Below are positions 27,002 to 33,810 of a stretch of 42,351 bases of DNA, piece by piece. The position numbers and the translations under genes were made by a program. The notes beneath the pieces were generated by a model, which saw only the letters and a list, made by a program, of their open reading frames with translations, ran no database searches and was not told the origin of the DNA. Origin of the DNA: Chloroflexota bacterium (GTDB lineage Bacteria > Chloroflexota > Chloroflexia > QHBQ01); the NCBI GenBank assembly GCA_043754535.1, contig JAYUUN010000056.1, positions 1-42,351 of the forward strand, given 5' to 3'. The first letter of the stretch is position 1; each line of letters opens with the position of its first letter.

Positions 27002-28690
27002 TCAGGGGGCGGCTGGGTACTGCTGCTTGTAGCGGAAGCTGCCTAGCTGACTCAGTTGCACCTCGTAGGCGGTACCAGCGTTCTCCGGGTGGTACTCGAA
27101 GACGGCCCGCTCAAAGTATTGCACAGTGTAGGTCTTGCCGTCGGTGTCGCTTTTCTCCTGAAACTCGTCGCTGATCGGGTAGCCCTGCTGGGCGAGGCCG
27201 CCACGCGTCTCCCAGTAAGTGCGGAACTTGCCGCCAACCACCTTGCCGGTCTGGGCGAAGGGGAGTGGGTTGTCAGTGCTAACGGTCTGCGCGGGCGGCG
27301 TAGCTGCTGGTGGCGGCGTAGCTTCGCAACCAACAGTGGCAGCTTCCGCTGTGTTGAGCAGGTTGCTACCCTGACTACCGCCTATCGCAAACACGATATT
27401 GCCTACGCTAGCTCCACCAGGGAGCATCCGCCGCTCAGCCATATCCAGCCCGCTCTGCCAGACGTTGGCAGCAGGATCGTAGGCGTAGCTCTGGCTGCGG
27501 GCAGCGGCGCGGCTGCCACCGATACCACCGAAGATGTAGAGGCGGTCACCAACCACTGCGCTACCAGGGTAGTCGAGGGTGTCGGGCAGATCGGCGCGCG
27601 CCATCCACTTGTCCGCCGCAATATCATAGTCATAAGTGGAGCGGCTGAAGCCAGACTTGTCCAGATCGTACCCAGCGGTAACATAGAGGTGGCCGTTGAT
27701 CACCCCATAGCCGAAACCACTGCTCCGGGTCGGCAGGGCGGCACGGGTGGCCCACTTGTCCGTCGCTGGGTCATATTCCCAGGTCTGGTTGCCAATACTG
27801 AGGACGCTGAGGCTGAGTACGCCGCCAACCAGGTAAATCTTGCCGTTCCAGTAGCCTGCCGCTGCCAGGCCGCGGATTTCAGGCATCGCAGTCCCACTGC
27901 TCCACGAGTTGCTGGCTATGTCATAGATGCGTGTGTCGTTGACGATTGCTCCCTTACCTGCCACGTCGCTGCCATGTACGCCACCGAAGAAGTAGAGTTT
28001 CTTGCTGCCTGGCACATAGACGGCATTGGCTACGGCGAAGTCGCTGGGCGCACTGGCGAGAGCAGTCCAACTGTTGGTGGCCGGGTCGTAGCGCAGCAGT
28101 TGCTTGCTCTCGGTTGCGCCACTGAGCGAGAGTGTGCCAGCGGTGGCGTAGATGTAAGTACCATCACTGACTGTTCCACCACCACTCGCCCCTGGCAGAG
28201 CGGCAACCGCCCGCCAGCCACCGAGAACAGGGTTAGCACAGGCAGCAGGAGGATTGCTGCTAGGATTATGCACGGTAGCCTCCGTCACAGCGGGGTTGTT
28301 TCGTGGGCTAGTCGGTAGCTGCTGGCTGACGAAGATCAGCGTGCTGGCGACCAACACCAACACCAGCATGGCTATGGCAAAGCGCGGCGGGCGATTGAAC
28401 AGCGGGCGCGCACGGGCTGGCAGGGTTACTTGCGTCTGCATCTCTGGGTTCCTTCTGCCCCGGTCAGGGGCGGTAGAGTTCGGTTTGGTTTGAGCCTGGG
28501 CCGCGATCATCTGGCGTAGCTGCTGACGGTAGGCGGTACTCGGCTGGCTGGGGCGTAGCTGGTGGCGCAGGCGACGAGCAAGGGCGGCCCGCTCACGGTC
28601 GAGCGCGGCTGGTGGCGTGGCAGCGGGGTCGGCGGTGAGTGCAGCAAGGTACAACTCTAGCAGTTCGGCCTGTTCTTCTTGCCTGCCCAT
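27002..28690 (-). CDS. Putative anti-sigma factor with TM helix, Kelch beta-propeller and Chloroflexia-type C-terminal domain
   Basis: Coupled to an ECF sigma (TGATG overlap). Six Kelch-like repeats (GG...YD...W), Pro/Thr linker and C-terminal GYPISDEF...QYFERAVFEYHPEN..V.L..LG. Confidence 0.8.
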   Translation of the reverse strand: MGRQEEQAELLELYLAALTADPAATPPAALDRERAALARRLRHQLRPSQPSTAYRQQLRQMIAAQAQTKPNSTAPDRGRRNPEMQTQVTLPARARPLFNRPPRFAIAMLVLVLVASTLIFVSQQLPTSPRNNPAVTEATVHNPSSNPPAACANPVLGGWRAVAALPGASGGGTVSDGTYIYATAGTLSLSGATESKQLLRYDPATNSWTALASAPSDFAVANAVYVPGSKKLYFFGGVHGSDVAGKGAIVNDTRIYDIASNSWSSGTAMPEIRGLAAAGYWNGKIYLVGGVLSLSVLSIGNQTWEYDPATDKWATRAALPTRSSGFGYGVINGHLYVTAGYDLDKSGFSRSTYDYDIAADKWMARADLPDTLDYPGSAVVGDRLYIFGGIGGSRAAARSQSYAYDPAANVWQSGLDMAERRMLPGGASVGNIVFAIGGSQGSNLLNTAEAATVGCEATPPPAATPPAQTVSTDNPLPFAQTGKVVGGKFRTYWETRGGLAQQGYPISDEFQEKSDTDGKTYTVQYFERAVFEYHPENAGTAYEVQLSQLGSFRYKQQYPAAP

Positions 28691-29271
28691 CAGTAAACCT
28701 CTCGTTTGATAATCAACTGCTTCAACCGCTCAACTGCACGGTGGCGCAGCATCCTGACTGCGGCCTCGCTCTTGCCCATTGCCGCTGCAATTTCGCCGCC
28801 GCTCCACCCTGCGCTGTCCAGTTCCAGCACATTACGCTGCTCGTCGGCCAGGTGGCTGATCGCCTGTAGTAGTTCGTGTCGCTCGGCAGCATCTACCGCC
28901 GCATCCTCCAGGGTTGGGCCGGGGGCGAGCAGGCGGTCAGCATCCAACACTGTTGTAGGTCGCCGCTTCTGGCTGTTGACCACAGTATTGTGGGCGATCC
29001 TGAACAGCCAGGCAGCAAAGGCTCGCTCCTGATAGCGTGGTAGAGCAACGAAAACTTCGAGGAAGATTTCGCTGGTTGCGTCCTCAGCGGCCTCACGGCT
29101 CTGCAAGCGCAGGTAGCAGTAAGCGTAAATGCGGTCGAGGTAGCGTTCGTAGAGCATGGTGAAGCGGGCGGGTTCGGCCTGAGCCACTCGCACCAACTCA
29201 TCGTCGCTCACTACCTTTGCATCAGCCGCGTCATCGCGCTGGCGGCTGACTATGCCAAACAAGATGATCAT
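28690..29271 (-). CDS. ECF RNA polymerase sigma factor, copy 3 (different subgroup)
   Basis: FTMLYERYLDRIYAYCY, AEDATSEIFL, FAAWLFRIAHN and EIAAAMGKSEAAVRMLRHRA motifs. Start uncertain (29271 or 29298). Confidence 0.88.
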   Translation of the reverse strand: MIILFGIVSRQRDDAADAKVVSDDELVRVAQAEPARFTMLYERYLDRIYAYCYLRLQSREAAEDATSEIFLEVFVALPRYQERAFAAWLFRIAHNTVVNSQKRRPTTVLDADRLLAPGPTLEDAAVDAAERHELLQAISHLADEQRNVLELDSAGWSGGEIAAAMGKSEAAVRMLRHRAVERLKQLIIKREVY

Positions 29272-29505
29272 CCTGCCTTCACCTGTCGTTCGTTGCAAGT
29301 CCGGGGCTTGCTGCCTACAGAAACAACGCAGCTGGGCAAACGTAACGGCCAGTTTGAGTTTTAATCTGGCACAGACTTAAGGCGGCCCATAATGAGCCGC
29401 CCGCGTCAGGTGCGATTTGGTAGATACTCCAATCAACAAACTGCCACCATTGTGTCACACTGCCGATTGAGGAGTACCGCTTGGGGCTACTCTCCCTGCT
29501 GGCAA

Positions 29506-30831
29506 TCAGCCGAGTTGGTCGGTTGGGATGTCACGCTGCTGTTGCAGGTTGAGGTGAACGGTCTTGCGGATGCCGTAGTTGATCGCCTTGCGCGCTTCCT
29601 CGCTCATCGGGTTGTTGGCCTGCAAGCTCTGTGCTTCCATCGCCAGGCGGTTCGCCAACTCTACCTCGCCCTGCGATAGTAGGCGGGTGGCTGCGCCCTG
29701 CAACTTCTGAGCAGCCCCAACCGTGTCGCCAGCGTTCAAGTCCTCCATCGCCCGCTGCTGCAACTTGTGGGCGGCTATCTTCTCCACCACGCTCATCACA
29801 GTTGGGTCGCTGGCAGAGTTAGGCAACTGTGCGGGTGGGTCGAAAGTCGCCACCACATCTGCACTGGCGATCAAGCCCCGCTGACGGCTGGCAGGCATAT
29901 CGTAGATCAAGTCTGCGCTGGCAATGCGAAAGTCACCCGCCTCCGAGGGGGGTAGCAGCAGTTCGAGCATCAAAGCCTGACCACGCCCACGCTCCACCTG
30001 ACCGATATAGTAGGTGCTACTCTCGCCAAAGTCGGCCCCGATATTAGGGGCTGCGGCAAGCTGGCTGATCTGCGGCATGGTGCGGTAGGCAGCCCGCAGG
30101 CTCACCCCTGGCGCAAGGCGCAGGCGCAGGCTAGCGTTATCAATCACCACTGCTTGCAAGCTGCGAACCGCCTCTTGAAAGTAGTCAATAATCCGCGCTG
30201 GGCTGTCCACGTAGTCGGCTACCCCACCCGTGAAGTCGGCTATGTCGTCGAGCAGCCGCTCATTCCAGTCGGTGCCAAGACCGAGGGCAGTGATGCCAAC
30301 CCGCTGCTGGGCGGCAATGCGGGCGGTATTGCGGCAGTCGTCCTCGCGCTCCGTGCGCCCATCGGTCAGCAATACCATCCGATTGAGTGGCACCGCAGCC
30401 TGACCCGCCAGCCGCACCCCCTCTTGCAGAGTACGAATCGCCTCGCGCATCGCAGGGGCCATGCGTGTGCCACCGAAGGGCTGAATCTGCTCAATATCGC
30501 GCTTGAGCCGGGGCCGCTGCATATCGTTGATCGTCGAAGCAGGGATAAAGGTCGTGTGGCGGCTGTTGAAGCCGACCACCGAGATGATATCGCTGGGGCT
30601 GAGTCGGTCAAGGACAAGGCGCACGGCCTCCTTGGCATAGCCGATCTTGTTCTGCGCCTCCATACTACCGCTATGGTCAATAACCAGGCACATATTGAGG
30701 GTGTTGGGCGCACTAGACAACATGGCGGCATTCGGCGTAATCTCCACCATCGCCTGGGCTACCTGCACCGTCCGCATCGCCGGTAGGTTCGAGCGGGCCA
30801 TCCGCACGCTCAAGTTAATCGCATCGGGCAT
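29506..30831 (-). CDS. von Willebrand factor A domain protein (YfbK-like)
   Basis: MIDAS motif DHSGS, GGT and LLTDG, followed by an Ig-like region and a helical C-terminus. Confidence 0.85.
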   Translation of the reverse strand: MPDAINLSVRMARSNLPAMRTVQVAQAMVEITPNAAMLSSAPNTLNMCLVIDHSGSMEAQNKIGYAKEAVRLVLDRLSPSDIISVVGFNSRHTTFIPASTINDMQRPRLKRDIEQIQPFGGTRMAPAMREAIRTLQEGVRLAGQAAVPLNRMVLLTDGRTEREDDCRNTARIAAQQRVGITALGLGTDWNERLLDDIADFTGGVADYVDSPARIIDYFQEAVRSLQAVVIDNASLRLRLAPGVSLRAAYRTMPQISQLAAAPNIGADFGESSTYYIGQVERGRGQALMLELLLPPSEAGDFRIASADLIYDMPASRQRGLIASADVVATFDPPAQLPNSASDPTVMSVVEKIAAHKLQQRAMEDLNAGDTVGAAQKLQGAATRLLSQGEVELANRLAMEAQSLQANNPMSEEARKAINYGIRKTVHLNLQQQRDIPTDQLG

Positions 30832-30878
30832 GATTGACTCCTTCTACCCCTATTATACAGCCAGCAGGCAAGGATGTT

Positions 30879-32669
30879 TCAACGGCGCAGCCACCGTCCC
30901 AGCAAGCCCGCTGCCAGCCCCGCCGCCGCGCTCATACCATAGCCACCAACCAGGGCGAGGTCGAGATAGAACTTGAAGGCGGTCTTGTAGTCGGGCAGGT
31001 GCCATTCGTAGCGCGTTCCCCACTGCTGGTAGAAGGCCGCAGCCTGGGCCGCCGCCCCACTGATCGCCCAGAGGGTAGGAGCTTGCAGCTTGTACAGGTA
31101 AGCCAGGCTATCCCCTTTGCCCGACCCGCCGCCGAGTAGCCCGTAGGCGAAGCTAGCGGCGACGTTGCTGATCGTTGCATCCAGCAGGCGTTGGCGGAAG
31201 AAAGCCTCTAGCCCCGTGTCGGTGCGAAAGATGCTGAGCGACCAGCGATGACCGCGCCCAAAGTAGAGAGCGGTGTAGAGCAGGTTAGCGGTGGCCCCAG
31301 CCGCCGCGGATTGTAGCATCCCCACCCTGGCAGCGAGGGCAGCGGCAGCAGCGGGGGCAGCTACTACCGCGAGGCTGAGAGGCAGTCGGGCCAGCCGTTC
31401 GTGGGCCAGCCGCTCTGCGCGCACGGCGCGGGCGGCAGCACGCAGGGTGCGGATGCCCTGATGGGCGGCCTGCATCACCGTCGCGTACTCGCCGCGCCGG
31501 TACTCATCCTCCAGCCGTGCGGTGCTGACCCCACTGCTGATCGGTTCGGCAGCTTGCAGCCGTTCGCCATAAGCCTGGTAGAAGGTGGCCTCCTGCTCTA
31601 GCCAGTCGAGGGCGACGCGGGCCTGCTGCGCCTGATCGAGCAACAGGTATTCAGCCAGCGGGCGGCCCTGGTTGTGGGCGGGGATTGGCAGGCCAAGCAG
31701 GGTGCAGAGCGTGGCAGCAATATCCACCTGGGCAACGCTGCCACGATAATCCCCACCGTCATCGCTGGCAACCCCTGCTCCTGCCAGGATCAGCGGGCTT
31801 TGCACCACCACCTCCTCTGGGCCACCATGCCCTCCACTGTCGGTGTGGCCGTGGTCAGAGGTGATAGCTACCGCCGTGTCGCTCAGGTCTACGCTGGCGA
31901 GGAACTGGCGCAGCAGCCTGTCCAGGTGGGCTACGCCGCCGACGTACTGAGGCGAGGTGCCGCCGTAGCCGTGGCCGAAGTTGTCGGCGGCACTCAAGTG
32001 CAGCACCATGAAGCCGGGCTGCTCTCGCTGCCAAAGCTGGATCGCTGCTGCGGTCAACGCTGCGTCCGAACTCAGGATTACCGCGTCGTCCGCATAGTCG
32101 CGGGGACCAATCACGTCGTTCGCGTCGGCCACGCGCCGGTCGCCACCAAGCTTCTTCTGCCAGGTGCAGTAGCGGCCCGCGTCGATGTTTGCGCCGAACA
32201 GTTGCCGCCAGGCGCGGTCGCCAACAGCAGCGGTTCGCAACCCAGCCGTCTGCGCGAGGCTGAACACGCTATCAATCGTCACCGCCTCTGGGTACCAGTT
32301 ACTCGTCACCCCGCTCACCTCCTGCCACGCGCCGGTTAGCATTGCCGTCCAGCCGGGGAGGGAGAGCGAGGGTTGGCCCACGCGGGCGATGAAGGCCACC
32401 CCTTGCTGGCGCAGGGCCACCAGCGTCGGCATAGTCAGTGCGCTGTCGGCACGCAGGCCGTCAAGGATGATCAGGATGGCGCGGCGAGCGGGGCGCGGCA
32501 GGGCAGCGGCAGGGCGCGGTGGCAGCGGGCGGCGGTAGGGGCCACGATAGTCTACATTGCTGCGCCAGACGCGGCGAGCGAGGACGATCATCCCCGCCCC
32601 AGTTGCGCTGATGGCGGCGAGAGTCGCCAGGGCGGGCAGGTAGGACAGCAACTTGCGGGTAGATGGCAC
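30879..32669 (-). CDS. Alkaline phosphatase superfamily membrane protein (NPP / phosphoethanolamine-transferase-like)
   Basis: ILDGLR, PSLSLPGW (nucleophile position), DNFGH, TSDHG and GHGG motifs. N-terminal TM and several C-terminal hydrophobic segments. Confidence 0.75.
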   Translation of the reverse strand: MPSTRKLLSYLPALATLAAISATGAGMIVLARRVWRSNVDYRGPYRRPLPPRPAAALPRPARRAILIILDGLRADSALTMPTLVALRQQGVAFIARVGQPSLSLPGWTAMLTGAWQEVSGVTSNWYPEAVTIDSVFSLAQTAGLRTAAVGDRAWRQLFGANIDAGRYCTWQKKLGGDRRVADANDVIGPRDYADDAVILSSDAALTAAAIQLWQREQPGFMVLHLSAADNFGHGYGGTSPQYVGGVAHLDRLLRQFLASVDLSDTAVAITSDHGHTDSGGHGGPEEVVVQSPLILAGAGVASDDGGDYRGSVAQVDIAATLCTLLGLPIPAHNQGRPLAEYLLLDQAQQARVALDWLEQEATFYQAYGERLQAAEPISSGVSTARLEDEYRRGEYATVMQAAHQGIRTLRAAARAVRAERLAHERLARLPLSLAVVAAPAAAAALAARVGMLQSAAAGATANLLYTALYFGRGHRWSLSIFRTDTGLEAFFRQRLLDATISNVAASFAYGLLGGGSGKGDSLAYLYKLQAPTLWAISGAAAQAAAFYQQWGTRYEWHLPDYKTAFKFYLDLALVGGYGMSAAAGLAAGLLGRWLRR

Positions 32670-32728
32670 GGGCGCGCTCCTTCGGTCGGTGTCTCGCCTT
32701 ATTCTACCACAAGCGGGCGGCTTGCTGC

Positions 32729-32757
32729 TTGCGTAACGCGTGGATAGAGGGTAAAAT
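32729..32757 (+). promoter_or_regulatory. sigma70 promoter of the MBL hydrolase gene
   Basis: TTGCGT-N17-TAAAAT. Confidence 0.55.
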
Positions 32758-32792
32758 AGAAGCTAGTTCACAACCCACAGGAGGAGACAAGG

Positions 32793-33674
32793 ATGGCTAA
32801 GGCTGGCTGGATCGCGCTGGGTGCGCTAACTGCAGGGGGCGTGCTATTGGCGCAGCGGGCAATCCGCAACCAACCACTGGTGACCGAAATCGTGGCGGGC
32901 GTATACGCCATAAACCTGCGCTTTGGCGGCCCATTGCGGGTCGGCAACCACGCCTACCTGCTCGACAATGGCGAGGGGCTGTTGCTGATAGACACTGGCA
33001 CGGTCAAGGACGGTGGCGACATTACGGCGGCGATCCAACAAATCGGCCACTCGCTTGCCGACCTGCGCGTGATCGTCGTCACCCACTGGCACTACGACCA
33101 CACTGGCTCGCTCTACGAACTGTTGCGTGGCGCACCCCAAGCTGTCGCCTATATGCACCCTCATGACCGCGAGGCAGTGGATGGCAAGGGCGGTAGCTCC
33201 TACTTCTACGGCATTGCGGGCGGCAAGGAAGGGCGGCGGATGCTTACCCAGGAGTACGACCCCACGCCAGCCGAGCTAGCTGACAGGCTGATCGGGGCGG
33301 ACACTGAGACGATTGGTGCAGCGGTTGCCCCCTGGGGTTTGCGAGCGATGCACACCCCCGGCCACACTCTCGGTAGCATGAGCTACTTCCATGACCAGCA
33401 GCGCATCCTCTTTCCCGGTGACGCAATGAACTATATGCTGGGCGCAGCTACTGCCCCCTTCATCCACGATGTCTATGAGGGCGGCTACGAGCGCACGCAG
33501 GAGCAGGCGGCAGCCTTCGCCGCGACAACCCCGCGCTATATCCTGCCCGCGCACATGACGATCAGCAGCCGCCCCAGCGAGTGGCAGGTGAGTGGCCCGC
33601 GCACTACCGCCCAGCGGTTGGCCGAGCGGGTGTTGGGGGTGAAGGTCAAGCTGGTGCGCGGAGGTAGAGAGTAA
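32793..33674 (+). CDS. MBL-fold metallo-hydrolase with N-terminal hydrophobic anchor
   Basis: LIDTG, THWHYDHTG (HxHxDH), HTPGHT, FPGD and PAH motifs. Confidence 0.88.
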   Translation: MAKAGWIALGALTAGGVLLAQRAIRNQPLVTEIVAGVYAINLRFGGPLRVGNHAYLLDNGEGLLLIDTGTVKDGGDITAAIQQIGHSLADLRVIVVTHWHYDHTGSLYELLRGAPQAVAYMHPHDREAVDGKGGSSYFYGIAGGKEGRRMLTQEYDPTPAELADRLIGADTETIGAAVAPWGLRAMHTPGHTLGSMSYFHDQQRILFPGDAMNYMLGAATAPFIHDVYEGGYERTQEQAAAFAATTPRYILPAHMTISSRPSEWQVSGPRTTAQRLAERVLGVKVKLVRGGRE

Positions 33675-33753
33675 TTCATCTGTCCTCTGCGTACAAGAAG
33701 GCTAAGCAGCCTGCTAAATCCCCTGCCAGGCAGTGCCAAGCAGCGGGCTGATA

Positions 33754-33762
33754 TGCTATAAT
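33754..33762 (+). promoter_or_regulatory. Extended -10 promoter upstream of the DnaE-like gene
   Basis: TGCTATAAT about 50 nt upstream of ATG 33811, with AGGAG at 33792-33796. Confidence 0.55.
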
Positions 33763-33810
33763 GAGCCGCGTCCGCAGCCGAACAAGCCGACAGGAGTTAC
33801 CCCGCCAGCC

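Noticed and set aside
27056..28318. 420-aa plus-strand ORF
   Set aside because: Antisense to the Kelch protein; no motif or RBS support.
33733..33810. ORF-track start of the DnaE-like gene at 33733
   Set aside because: It lies upstream of the TGCTATAAT promoter element; ATG 33811 is more plausible.
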